From Alphaproteobacteria bacterium (GTDB lineage Bacteria; Pseudomonadota; Alphaproteobacteria; MPNO01): a stretch of DNA of 64,000 nt. Where the stretch lies: assembly GCA_964291675.2 (NCBI GenBank), contig OZ219866.1, positions 3,552,001 to 3,616,000 of the forward strand, given 5' to 3'. The notes under the pieces are model-generated. The model was given only the letters and a program-made list of their open reading frames with translations. It was not told where the DNA came from and made no database searches. Position numbers and translations under genes: made by a program. Shown one piece after another: positions 39,648 to 49,648 of the stretch (position 1 is the stretch's first letter; every line of letters begins with the position of its first letter).

Positions 39648-41159
39648 TTATGCCCGCGCACCCTTGCCCGCCTCCCACTCGGCGCGCAGCGCGAGGCGGT
39701 CGATCTTGCCGCTGGCGTTCTTCGGCAGGGCGTCGCGGAGCACGATCTCGCGCGGGCGCTTGAACTCCGGCAGCAGCGCCGCGCAGTGGCGGCCGAGGTC
39801 CTCTTCCGCGAGTTGGGCGCCCGCCCGGGCGACGACGTAAGCCACCACCGCCTCGCCGTAGATCGGATCGGGCACGCCGACGCTCGCCGCCTCCGCCACG
39901 TCTTCGTGACGGGCGAGCGCGTTGTCGATCTCCAGCGGGGCGATGTTGACGCCGCCGCGGATGATCACCTCCTTGGCGCGTCCGGTGACGTGCAGAAAGC
40001 CGTCCGCGTCGAGATAGCCGACATCGCCGGTCTTGAACCGCGTGCCGCGGATCGGCACCGCCTCCCCGCCTTCGAGCAGATAGGCCGATGCGTTCTGCGC
40101 GCCGCCGATCTCGATCTCGCCGACCTCGCCCGCCGGCGCCGCCGCCCCGCCGCGATCGAGGATTCGCAGGTTCTGGTAGAGGCCCGGACGGCCGACGCTG
40201 CCGATCCGGCGCGCGCCGACATGGTTGCCCGCGACCACCCCGCCCTCGCTCATGCCGTAGAGCTGCATGAGCTCGATGCCGTAGGTCGCCTCGAAACGCC
40301 GATGCGCGGACACCATCAGCGGCGCCGTGGACGAGCTCATGAAGCGCACCCCGGCGAAGCCGTCGCGGGGCGGCGGGCCGTCGCCCTCCAGCAGCATGTT
40401 CACCACCGTCGGCACGCCGATCGTCACGGTCGGGCGGTAATCGGCGATCCAGTCGAAGAAGCGGCCGCGCGAGAAGCGGCGGGCCAGGATTATGGTCCCG
40501 CCGGCCACCAGCATCGGCATCACGGTCAGCATGTGGGTCGAGGGCCAGCTTATCGAGCGGTATTCGAGGACCCGGTCGCCCGGCCCGAGCTTCCACATGT
40601 CGATCGTCTGGTCGGCGATCCAGAAATAGTTGCCGTGGTTGTGGATCATCCCCTTGGGCGCGGCGGAGGTGCCGGAGGTGAAGCCGATCACCGCCACCCC
40701 GTCCTCGCCGATTTCGGGCAGCGCCGCGGGCGGGTGCGAGGCGGCCTCGTGGTAGAGCGAATCCAGCGCCACCGCGCCTCGCGCAGGATCGAGCGCCTCC
40801 GCGCCCTCGCCCCGCACGACGAGCCGGGGATCGAGGCGGCGGGTCATCTCCCCGATATGCGCCGCGTTCACCTCCACGTTGATCGTGCAATAGGCGACGC
40901 CGGTCGCCAGGCAGGCCATGAACAGCGCCATCTGCTCCAGCCCGTTCTCGCTCAGCACCAGCAAGCGGTCGCCCGGCGCCAGCCCGCGTTCGGCGAAGAC
41001 CCCGGCGAATCCCTCGCAGAGCGCCAGCGTCCCGGCATGGGTCAGCGCCCTTCCGTCTTCCGCCGATTGCAGGAAGACCTTGTCGGGATCGGCCTCGGCG
41101 TGGCGGCGCAGCAGGGTCGAGACGGGGCGGAACCTTGTGCGGTCGGGGACCTGTTCCAT
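39648..41159 (-). CDS. AMP-forming acyl/aryl-CoA ligase
   Basis: FTSGTSAAPKG; YGMSE; KTGDVG; GRAKE; LPKNASGK. Confidence 0.9.
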   Translation of the reverse strand: MEQVPDRTRFRPVSTLLRRHAEADPDKVFLQSAEDGRALTHAGTLALCEGFAGVFAERGLAPGDRLLVLSENGLEQMALFMACLATGVAYCTINVEVNAAHIGEMTRRLDPRLVVRGEGAEALDPARGAVALDSLYHEAASHPPAALPEIGEDGVAVIGFTSGTSAAPKGMIHNHGNYFWIADQTIDMWKLGPGDRVLEYRSISWPSTHMLTVMPMLVAGGTIILARRFSRGRFFDWIADYRPTVTIGVPTVVNMLLEGDGPPPRDGFAGVRFMSSSTAPLMVSAHRRFEATYGIELMQLYGMSEGGVVAGNHVGARRIGSVGRPGLYQNLRILDRGGAAAPAGEVGEIEIGGAQNASAYLLEGGEAVPIRGTRFKTGDVGYLDADGFLHVTGRAKEVIIRGGVNIAPLEIDNALARHEDVAEAASVGVPDPIYGEAVVAYVVARAGAQLAEEDLGRHCAALLPEFKRPREIVLRDALPKNASGKIDRLALRAEWEAGKGARA

Positions 41160-41172
41160 CGTCGCCGAAGCG

Positions 41173-42654
41173 TCAGCCGGCGCCGTCCGAGCCGTCCAGC
41201 AGATGGCCGAAGCGCCGCCTGGCGGCCTCCGCCTCGGCGGGGCTCGGCGCGTTGACCCTGGGGAAGTCGTCCTTCCAGTGGAACGGCCGGCAGGCGTCGA
41301 TCACCGCGCGCCCCATCGAGAGATCGCCCGAGCCGCGCCGGTCCGGGTGCAGCAGGGGGTCGGCGGGCGACGTCCGGGCGCCGGCGATGATGTCGATCGA
41401 GCTCGCCGGGTCGCTGCGCGTCAAGAGCGCCCACCAGAGCTCTTCCAGGTCGGTCACGTCGATGTCGTCGTCGACCACCACGACATAGCGGTTGGCGTAG
41501 TTGGCGGCATGGCAGGTGGCGGCGATGTGGCCGGCCTGCTTGGCGTGTCCCGGATAGCGCTGCCTGATGGCGACGCCGTGCAGCAGCCGCGACGAGCCGA
41601 TCTCGTAGCACCACACGCCGGTCACGTCCGGCACCCCGGCCGAGGCCAGCGCCTCCTTGACCATCGCCGAGCGCAGCACCGCGCGGTAGCGGCCCATCTC
41701 GTCCGACCCGCCGCCCATCGGCGGCACGCCGAGGATGATCGGATCGTTGCGGTGGTAGAGGCGCTCGATCTGCAGCACCGGCTCCGGATGCTCGCCGCTC
41801 GCGTAGTACCCCGTCCACTCGCCGAACGGGCCCTCCATCCTGTCGTGGCCGGCAACCAGGTACCCCTCGACGGCGATCTCGCAATTGGCCGGGAAGGGGA
41901 GGCCGGTGAGCTCGCCCCGCACGCACTGCACCGGCGCGCCGCGGATACCGCCCACCAGGTCGAGCTCGCAGGTGCCCGACGGCGCCTCGGTGCAGGCGGC
42001 GTAGAACGCCATCGGGTCCGAGCCCAGCACCATCACGATCGGGCATTTCTCGCCCCGGGCGAAGTACTTCTCGCGATGCACGTGGCCGTGCTTGCCGGGC
42101 ACCATGAGGACGCCGATGGAGGATCTGTCGTGCACCATCGCGCGGTAGGTGCCGACATTGAGCCAGCCGTCGTCGGGATCGCGGGTAACGGTGAGGCAGC
42201 CGGTGCCGATATAGCGCCCGCCGTCCTCGACATGCCAGATCGGGGTGGGGAACTTCATCAGGTCGATGTCGTCGCCCGCGAGCACGTTCTCCAGCACCGG
42301 GCCGGTGTCCACGATCTCGTGCGGGACCGTCTTGCGGTCCTTGACGAAGCCCTCGTAGCAGGCATCCGACAGCTCGGACTTGCTGAGGTCGTCGGGGAAG
42401 CCGAGGGTCATGTTGCGCCGCTTGCCGGCGAAGACGTTCATGATCACCCGGTAGCCCGGCGGGCAGCCCTCGACGTCGTCGAACAGCACCGCCGGCCCGT
42501 CGTCCTGCTTGATCACCGCCTCGGCGGCGAGCCCGATATCCTCCTCCCAGGACGCGCCGCGCACGACGCGCAGCTCGCCCAGCCGGTCGGCTTCGGCGAT
42601 CCATTCCCTGAGATCGTCGTATGGCAGCACGCAGCGCAGATTGCTTCGGTCCAT
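41173..42654 (-). CDS. UbiD-family (de)carboxylase
   Basis: DLREW; DGGRYIGT; NVGTYR; EGPFGEWTGYY; VDDDID. Confidence 0.92.
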   Translation of the reverse strand: MDRSNLRCVLPYDDLREWIAEADRLGELRVVRGASWEEDIGLAAEAVIKQDDGPAVLFDDVEGCPPGYRVIMNVFAGKRRNMTLGFPDDLSKSELSDACYEGFVKDRKTVPHEIVDTGPVLENVLAGDDIDLMKFPTPIWHVEDGGRYIGTGCLTVTRDPDDGWLNVGTYRAMVHDRSSIGVLMVPGKHGHVHREKYFARGEKCPIVMVLGSDPMAFYAACTEAPSGTCELDLVGGIRGAPVQCVRGELTGLPFPANCEIAVEGYLVAGHDRMEGPFGEWTGYYASGEHPEPVLQIERLYHRNDPIILGVPPMGGGSDEMGRYRAVLRSAMVKEALASAGVPDVTGVWCYEIGSSRLLHGVAIRQRYPGHAKQAGHIAATCHAANYANRYVVVVDDDIDVTDLEELWWALLTRSDPASSIDIIAGARTSPADPLLHPDRRGSGDLSMGRAVIDACRPFHWKDDFPRVNAPSPAEAEAARRRFGHLLDGSDGAG

Positions 42655-42745
42655 CGCACCCTCCGTCGCGCCCGTTATAGCCGCTCGTCCGCCAAGTGGA
42701 CATTGCCGGGCGGCTGCGACACACTCGAACGAGCAGGAGCCAGCC

Positions 42746-44071
42746 ATGACACAACCGGCCTTCGACGCATCGCCCTTCATCGACGACCGCCCCGACGAGC
42801 GCGTCTTCCGCATCGACCGGCGGGCGTTCCACGACGCCGCGCTGTACGAGGCGGAGATGGCGCAGATCTTCGAGCGGCAGTGGAACTATCTCTGCCACGA
42901 GAGCCAGATCCCGAACCACGGCGATTATTTCGCCACCCATATCGGGCGCCAGCCGGTCTATGCGATCCGCCGCAAGGACGGGTCGGTCGGCTGCTACATC
43001 AACGCGTGTTCCCATCGCGGCGCGCTGTTGACGCCGTTCCGCCAGGGCAATGCGCGGGTGATCACCTGCCGGTTCCACGGCTGGGCCTACGATTCGGACG
43101 GGCGCTGCATCAAGATCAAGAACCAGGAGGCGGGATTCCCGGCGCCCGATTTCGACCGCGCGCGGTTCGACCTCAAGCCGGTGCCGCTCGCCGACAGCTA
43201 TCGCGGCTTCGTGTTCGGCTGCCTCGACCGCGCCGCCCCGCCGCTCGCGGACCATCTCGGCGAGGCGCGCCATTTCATCGACATGTTCGCCGACCAGGCC
43301 CCCGACGGGCTCGAGATCCTGCCCGGCTCGCAGACCTATGTCTGCGACCACAACTGGAAGTACCAGGCGGAGAACGTGACCGACGGCTACCATGTCGGCA
43401 CGGTGCACCGGAACTTCGCCAACACCATGCTGGCGCGCGAGGCGAGGGACGGCACCGAGGGGCTGCTCAAGACCGAGACCGGGCGGATGAAGGGTAACGT
43501 CGCCAACGGCGCGTTCTATCTCGGCCACGGCCATATCGCGCTCTGGGCCGACCGGGCGAGCCCGGAGGCGGCGCCGCTGGCGCCCGCGACCGAGCGGATC
43601 GAGCGCGACTTCCCCGGCGCCCGCGCCGACTGGATGCTGCGGCGCGGGCGCAACGTGCTGGTGTTCCCCAACATGGTCTTGAACGACCTCGCCTCGACGC
43701 ATCTCAGGACCCACCGCCCGCTGGGGCCGGAACGGACGGAGGTCACGATCTGGTGCATCGCGCCGAGGAACGAGCCGAAGGAGGCCCGCTTCGCGCGGCT
43801 CCGGAAGTTCGAGGATTTCTTCCTGGTCACCGGGCTCGCCACCTCGGACGACGTGATCTCGCTCGATGTCGCCCAGGCCGGCTGCCACGGCAGAGAGGCC
43901 GGGTGGAACGACTACGCGCGCGGGCTGGAGCAGGCGGTGGACGGCGCCGACGGGATGGCCGAGGGGCTCGGCATGAAACCCGTCACCTCATCGCCGAGCT
44001 GGGACCACGAGGCCGAATATGTCGGCTTCTACCGCCACTGGAGGGACCTGCTCGCCGATCGGCCGGGGTAG
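42746..44071 (+). CDS. Rieske aromatic ring-hydroxylating oxygenase alpha subunit
   Basis: Rieske ligands CSHRG...CRFHGW; mononuclear Fe motif ENVTDGYHVGTVH. Confidence 0.92.
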   Translation: MTQPAFDASPFIDDRPDERVFRIDRRAFHDAALYEAEMAQIFERQWNYLCHESQIPNHGDYFATHIGRQPVYAIRRKDGSVGCYINACSHRGALLTPFRQGNARVITCRFHGWAYDSDGRCIKIKNQEAGFPAPDFDRARFDLKPVPLADSYRGFVFGCLDRAAPPLADHLGEARHFIDMFADQAPDGLEILPGSQTYVCDHNWKYQAENVTDGYHVGTVHRNFANTMLAREARDGTEGLLKTETGRMKGNVANGAFYLGHGHIALWADRASPEAAPLAPATERIERDFPGARADWMLRRGRNVLVFPNMVLNDLASTHLRTHRPLGPERTEVTIWCIAPRNEPKEARFARLRKFEDFFLVTGLATSDDVISLDVAQAGCHGREAGWNDYARGLEQAVDGADGMAEGLGMKPVTSSPSWDHEAEYVGFYRHWRDLLADRPG

Positions 44072-44079
44072 CGGGCCGT

Positions 44080-44186
44080 CCCTCGATACGGCGCTGGCGC
44101 GCCTACTCGGGATGAGGGGGAGGGTCTTGGGCCGCGCCCCACCCACCTCATCCTGAGTAGCCCCCGTCAGGGGGCGTATCGAAGGG
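44080..44186. repeat. Second REP-like family, an inverted pair between convergent genes
   Basis: CCCTCGATACG..CTACTCGGGATGAGG / CCTCATCCTGAGTAG..CGTATCGAAGGG. Confidence 0.75.
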
Positions 44187-45632
44187 CGCGTCGTAGCCCG
44201 CCATCAGCCCGTCGACGATCCCGGCCAGCGAGTCCCAGTCGCAGGCGCCGTAGCTGTAGCCGCTCATCACGAAGCCCGGCCCGGCATAGAACTTCTCGTA
44301 CTGGGCGTGGCGGCCGGCGAATTCGGAGCTCAGCAGATCCCAGGCGAGGCGCAGCAGCTTCATGCGCTCCTTCGCCGTCTCGTCCGGGGTCGACCAGTAG
44401 GTCTCGAATTTTTGCGCCAGCGCCGGGTCTTCGAGGACCGAGGAATCGGCCGGCATCTGGATCGGCCCGCCGCCCAGCAGCTCGCGCACCGTGTCGCAGA
44501 TATCCGCGTAGCTGTTGGAGCACCAGTGGAGCGCGGCGTACATGTAGCGCCGGTTCACGGTCACGAAGCCCGGCACCATCTCCTCGCAGGAATGGAGCTG
44601 GCCCATCAGCATCCCTTCCAGCGCCGCGAGCCGGGCCGCGAGGTCGCCGAGCGTGGCGGCGACCGCCGGGATGCCGATCGTGCGGTTGGAGACGCAGACC
44701 CGGTGGGCCACCGCGACGATCAGCTTGAGCTTCTCGAGGAAGCGGATATTGGCCTGGTGGTTGGCGAGCGAGTGCCCCGGGGTGCGCACGTAGATCTCGC
44801 GCGTCATCGCCACGTCGTCGTGCAGGAACACGTCCTCCCACGGCACCCGCACATCCTCGAACAGCACCGCGGCGTCGGTCTCGTCGAAGCGCCAGGTAAG
44901 CGGCATGTCGAACTCCGAGGTGGCGAATTTCTCGTAGGGCTTGCGCGCCCATATCGAGACACCGGGAGCGTTCAGCGGCACCGCGCAGGTGATCGTCTCG
45001 GCCTCGTTGCCGGGCGGCACGGGCTGCAAATTGCCGACCCAGGTGTCGTGGCAGAACACGGCCGACGTGCCGATCATCTTGAGGCCGTTGAGGGTCACCC
45101 CCCGGTCGTCCTCCGCCGTCACCCTGAGCGTGGGCGAAGTCGCGCCCGGCTCGCCCCGGCGCGTCCCCTGCGGGTTGGTGACGGTGTGGGTGGTGAACAG
45201 GTCGTCGCGCCGGGCGCGGCGGTAGTAGCGCATCAGGTTCTCGCCGGTGCCCGGACGCAGCTCCTCGAACAGCTCCGGCCGCGTGGCGAGCCCCGACAGG
45301 TAGCTCGGGAAGTTGTCGGGCGAGCGGCCCAGCAGGCCGTAGCTCCAGGACGCGATCCGCCGGTGGGTCTCGTAGCGGCGTTCGAGGTCGGCGCGGCTGC
45401 GCGGGCGCAGGAAATAGGTCGAGAACGCCTCCCCGTCCTCCTCGCAGACCATCAGCGACCGGTTCTCCGGCGCCCGCTTGCGGTCGTAGATCGCGGCGAA
45501 GGAGCGGGCGGCGTTGCGGAAGGCGGCATGCGCGGTCACGTCGTCCACAAGCTCCTTGCCGATATAGACGACCCGCCCGTCGCGCAGGCTTTTCAGGTAT
45601 TCCTCGCCGGTCAGCAAACGCCCGCTCCCCAA
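44148..45632 (-). CDS. 4-hydroxyphenylacetate 3-hydroxylase (HpaB)-like flavin-dependent monooxygenase, large component
   Basis: TGEEYLKSLRDGR; GRSPD; RFDETDA..FEDVRVPW; RHAQYEKFYAG; TTG start uncertain. Confidence 0.9.
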   Translation of the reverse strand: MGSGRLLTGEEYLKSLRDGRVVYIGKELVDDVTAHAAFRNAARSFAAIYDRKRAPENRSLMVCEEDGEAFSTYFLRPRSRADLERRYETHRRIASWSYGLLGRSPDNFPSYLSGLATRPELFEELRPGTGENLMRYYRRARRDDLFTTHTVTNPQGTRRGEPGATSPTLRVTAEDDRGVTLNGLKMIGTSAVFCHDTWVGNLQPVPPGNEAETITCAVPLNAPGVSIWARKPYEKFATSEFDMPLTWRFDETDAAVLFEDVRVPWEDVFLHDDVAMTREIYVRTPGHSLANHQANIRFLEKLKLIVAVAHRVCVSNRTIGIPAVAATLGDLAARLAALEGMLMGQLHSCEEMVPGFVTVNRRYMYAALHWCSNSYADICDTVRELLGGGPIQMPADSSVLEDPALAQKFETYWSTPDETAKERMKLLRLAWDLLSSEFAGRHAQYEKFYAGPGFVMSGYSYGACDWDSLAGIVDGLMAGYDAPFDTPPDGGYSG

Positions 45633-45665
45633 GGGTGATCCGGCTCATGTACGCTAAGCCCCGGC

Positions 45666-47024
45666 ATGAGTCGAGAAACCACCCAGCAGCTCGCCGGGTT
45701 CGCCGCCACGCTGCGGCTCGATGCGGTTCCCGAAGACGTGCGCCGGTCGGCCAAGGCCCTGCTGCTCGATGCGCTCGCCTGCGCGTTTGCCGGGCACCGG
45801 GGGGAGGAGACCGGCCAGGTCCGGGCGCTCGCCTCCGCGCTCGGCGCCTCCGGGGAGAGCGCGGCGATCGGCGGCGGGCCGATGTCGCTTGCCGGCGCCA
45901 CGTTGATGAACGGCTATCTCATCACGGCCGTCACCATGTGCGACGTGCACCGCGCGACGCTCACCCATGTGACGCCCGAGATCGTCCCCCCGGCGCTCGC
46001 CATCGCCGCGCGCGACGACGCCTCGGGCGCCGACCTCCTGGCCGCGTTGGTCGCCGGGCTGGAGGTGACGACGCGGGTGGGCCTCGGGCTCGACTACGCG
46101 GCGTTCCGCGCCAAGGGGTGGCACGGCCCCGGGGTCACCGGCCCGTTCGGCGCGGCGGCGGCTTGCGGCAGGCTGCTCGGCTTCGATGCCGACGCCATGG
46201 CACGCGCCTTCGGCCTCGCCGGCAGCCAGTCCGCCGGTACCTTCGCCGCCTGGGGCACGCCGACGGTCAAGTGGCACCAGTGCCGCGCCGCGCTGTCCGG
46301 GCTGATGGCGGCGCTGCTCGCCGGGCAGGGCTTTGTCGCCGCGCGAAACTTTCTAACCGCGCCCGATGGCGGGCTCTACGCGACCTATGCCGATGGCGGG
46401 CTGCCCGAGCTGGCGACGCGGGATCTCGGGCGGCGCTGGGAGTTGCAGGAGATCGCGCTCCGCCTGTGGCCGGCCGCGACCGCGCTGCAGGACGTGTTGA
46501 CGGCGCTTGCCGACCTCCCCGACGACATCGCCTTCGACGACATCGCGTGGGTTCGGCTCGCCCTGCCGAAAACCGCGTTCGACATGCATGGCGGGTTCGC
46601 GACATACAGGGCCAAGTTCGAGGCCCTGCTTTCGGCGCATTACGTGGCCGCGGTCTATCTGCGCGACCGGAGGCTGACCCTCGACCAGTTCGAGCCCGCC
46701 TGCTACGACGACCCGGCGCTCAGGCGGTTCGCCGCCGAACGGGTCGAGGTCGCGCGCGACCCCGCGCTCCAGGGCGGCCAGGCTGCCGCCGAGATCGAGA
46801 CCGCGACCGGCGCGCGCGTTTCGGCGCGGTGCGACCACGCGCTGGGGACGCCGCAGAACCCGCTGTCATGGGCGCAGGTGGAGGAAAAGTTCAGGACCTA
46901 CGCGGAGCCCGCGCTCGGCTCGCAGCAGACCGACCGGACGATCGCCGCGGTCGATGGGCTGGAGAGACTCGCGTCGTCGCGCGAGTTGATGTCCTGGCTC
47001 GGCGCGCGGGAAGAGACGCCCTGA
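45666..47024 (+). CDS. MmgE/PrpD-family protein
   Basis: DVH...LTH; KGWH; GTPQNPLS..VEEKF. Confidence 0.88.
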   Translation: MSRETTQQLAGFAATLRLDAVPEDVRRSAKALLLDALACAFAGHRGEETGQVRALASALGASGESAAIGGGPMSLAGATLMNGYLITAVTMCDVHRATLTHVTPEIVPPALAIAARDDASGADLLAALVAGLEVTTRVGLGLDYAAFRAKGWHGPGVTGPFGAAAACGRLLGFDADAMARAFGLAGSQSAGTFAAWGTPTVKWHQCRAALSGLMAALLAGQGFVAARNFLTAPDGGLYATYADGGLPELATRDLGRRWELQEIALRLWPAATALQDVLTALADLPDDIAFDDIAWVRLALPKTAFDMHGGFATYRAKFEALLSAHYVAAVYLRDRRLTLDQFEPACYDDPALRRFAAERVEVARDPALQGGQAAAEIETATGARVSARCDHALGTPQNPLSWAQVEEKFRTYAEPALGSQQTDRTIAAVDGLERLASSRELMSWLGAREETP

Positions 47025-47070
47025 CGTTCGGCTTCCCGGTTTCGTGCGCTCTCGCACCGCGTTCCCACCT

Positions 47071-47379
47071 CGTCATGGCCGGCCCCCGGATCGAGTCCGG
47101 GGTGATCCGGCCATCCATGCGGCCTCCCGGCAGGCAGGGCAATCCGACCGGAGCGATGGCGATGGGGGCGGACCGCACCCGGCTCTCCATGCACCGCCCA
47201 TGGATGCCCGGATCAAGTCCGGGCATGACGGGAGGGAGGACGATGGCGCTTCCCCAACCACGTCATGGCCGGCCCCCGGATCGAGTCCGGGGGTGATCCG
47301 GCCATCCATGCCGCGCCTCCACCCGCGAGGCGATGGGTCGGAAGGGGTGCCGGCGCCCGGATCGAGTCCCGGCATGGCG
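47071..47379. repeat. CGTC-REP cluster with nested hairpins
   Basis: CGTCATGGCCGGCCCCCGGATCGAGTCCGGGG(G)TGATCCGGCCATCCATGC at 47071 and 47261; GCCCGGATCAAGTCCGGGCATGACG at ~47206-47230. Confidence 0.85.
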
Positions 47380-47388
47380 GCTTGGGGG

Positions 47389-47832
47389 CTAGCGCCGCAC
47401 CTCGCATTCGATGGTCCAGCTCACCGCGCCGGCCTGCTCGCGGCGCGCGAGGTTGAGCCGGGATCTGGCCTTGAGGGCCGACCCGGCGGCCTTGCGCAGC
47501 TCGTCCCGCACCGCCTCCGGCAGGTCGTCGAAGGCCAGCGTGAGGCGGACCGGCGGTTTCGCCCGCGCCGGTCGCGCCGCGGCGCGCTCCCGCCGGGCTC
47601 CGTTCGCCTTGCTGCCGCCCCAGATACTGTCCCAGCCGGAGCGGTACTCGGGCGTCTTGACGTTGCTGAAATAGCCGTAATGGACTTCTGTCTTGCCGCC
47701 CACGGATTCGCGGGCCGACTTTTGTGCGGGCGCGGTCGAGGATTCGCTGGACGTCGACGGCTTGGCGCTCTCCGTCGAGCTCTTGGACTCGGCTTTTTCC
47801 GCGACCGGTTTGGCGGTCGAGGCGTCACTCAT
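47389..47832 (-). CDS. Hypothetical protein with a Ser/Lys-rich N-terminus
   Basis: Low-complexity N-terminus, then HYGYFSNVKTPEYRSGWDSIWG; GGAGA RBS; start may be 47841. Confidence 0.6.
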   Translation of the reverse strand: MSDASTAKPVAEKAESKSSTESAKPSTSSESSTAPAQKSARESVGGKTEVHYGYFSNVKTPEYRSGWDSIWGGSKANGARRERAAARPARAKPPVRLTLAFDDLPEAVRDELRKAAGSALKARSRLNLARREQAGAVSWTIECEVRR

Positions 47833-47948
47833 CGCTTGCATCGGTCTCCGGGTTGCAAAAACGGCGCATCCTGTTACATCGACCCACGCCTCGATGCAAG
47901 ACGTGCGGGGACCGTCGATCGCTGTAAGATGGACCCGGAAAGAGGAGC

Positions 47949-49177
47949 ATGGCGATGGACGGATCGGGTGGGCAAAAGTTCAATGTCGGCGGGGTGCTGC
48001 TCGACCGGCCGTTCAAGATCCGCAGGCTCGGGCATTTCGGCTTCAACGTCTGCAATTTCGACGCCTGCCTAAAGTTCTATTCGGAGCTGCTCGGCTTCGC
48101 GCTGTCCGATCCGCTCGATTTCAGCCCCCGCGTGGCGGACGACGAAGAGCGCGGGCGGTTCGACGCCACCGTCGGCTGGTTCATGCGCCACGGCGGCGAC
48201 CACCATTCCTTCGTGCTGTTCCCCAAGCCCATCCTGGACCATATCGGCGGACGGTCGACCCGGCCGGACATCACCGTCAACCAGATCACCTGGCAGGTCG
48301 GCAGCCTGCGCGAGGTCGCCGAGGCGGAGAGCTGGCTGCGCGGGCACGACGTCCGGATCAGGCGTTCGGGGCGCGACCAGCCGGGCTCCAACTGGCATGT
48401 CTACCCGTTCGATCCCGACGAGCACATCAACGAGCTCTATTACGGCATCGAGCAGATCGGCTGGGACGGGCGCTCCAAGCCCCCGCGCTGCACGAGGAGG
48501 AGTTCCGCGAGCAGCCCGGCCTGCCGCAGATCCCGGAATACGCCGAGGTCGACCGAGCGCGGGACAAGGGCACCGATCTCGGCTCCGGCTACCGCCACGA
48601 GACCGGGCTCGAAGCGCGCTACGACGTGGGCGGCGTGCTGCTGCCGCGGCCCTTCAAGGTCGTGCGGGTCGGCCCGGTGCGGCTGTTCACCGACGACCTC
48701 GACGCGGCGGTCGGCTTCTACCGCGACCGGCTCGGCATGACGGTCACCGAGGAGATCGCGTGGAACGGGCATCGCTGCGCGTTTCTCAGGGTCAACACCG
48801 AGCACCACTCGCTCGCGCTATATCCGATCGCGCTGCGCGCGGAGCTGGGCTTGAGCGACCACACCACCTGCATGGCCTTCGGGGTGCAGCTCGGCGACTA
48901 CGCCCAGCTTCGCGCCTCGCTCGGCTTTCTCGAGGAGCGCGGCGTGGACATCGTCCGCCTGCCGCCGGAGCTGTCGCCCGGGATCGACTACGCCGCCTTC
49001 GCCATCGACCCCGACGGCCACGCGATCCAGCTTTATTACTACATGGAGCAGATCGGCTGGGACGGCAGGCCGCGCGACGCGGCCGAGCGCCGCAAGGCGG
49101 GCGAGGACTGGCCCGAGGCGCTGGACCCGCTGCCCGACACCTTCGCCGGCGAGCCCTTCCTCGGGCCGCTGGGGTAG
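47949..49177 (+). CDS. Two-domain VOC (extradiol dioxygenase-like) protein with an apparent 1-nt frameshift near 48480-48484
   Basis: Two homologous halves (VGGVLL.RPFK; DHHS/EHHS; DPD.H; EQIGWDGR) lie in different frames, joined at a C5 run. Confidence 0.8.
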
Positions 49178-49211
49178 GCGGGTCGGTTCGGAAGAAAAGG
49201 GAGAAATTTCG

Positions 49212-49628
49212 ATGAGCGATTCGAAGGAAACGGCGCTCGGCTTCTATCACGCCTGCGAGAGCGGCGCGGGCTGGGCGGGTTGCGCCGAATTCTGCACGCC
49301 CGACGCTGGGTTCTCCGCGCAGGCGGGGGCCATCGCTGAGATGGAGACCCTGGAAGCCTATTGCGACTGGATGCAGGGCGTGGTGACGATCCTGCCGGAC
49401 GCGAGCTATGTCCTGAAGGCGGTCGGGGCCGACGAAGAGAACGACAGGGTGACGATCTTCGGCGTCTTTTCCGGAACCCATACCGGCGAGGGCGGGCCGG
49501 TTCCGCCGACCGGCAAGAAGACCGAGTCCGACTATGTCTACGTGGCGGACATGCAGGACGGCAAGATCGCGCATGTCACCAAGATCTGGAACGACGGCTG
49601 GGCCTTCGGCCAGCTCGGCTGGGGATAG
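49212..49628 (+). CDS. SnoaL-like ester cyclase / NTF2-fold protein
   Basis: GTHTGEGGPVPPTGK; DGKIAHVTKIWND. Confidence 0.85.
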   Translation: MSDSKETALGFYHACESGAGWAGCAEFCTPDAGFSAQAGAIAEMETLEAYCDWMQGVVTILPDASYVLKAVGADEENDRVTIFGVFSGTHTGEGGPVPPTGKKTESDYVYVADMQDGKIAHVTKIWNDGWAFGQLGWG

Positions 49629-49648
49629 CCCGTCCTTCGATACGCCCC

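Noticed and set aside
48480-48484. VOC gene frameshift as phase variation
   Set aside because: Same signature (one base missing in a C5 run). The run is too short for typical phase variation, so this is probably an assembly error.
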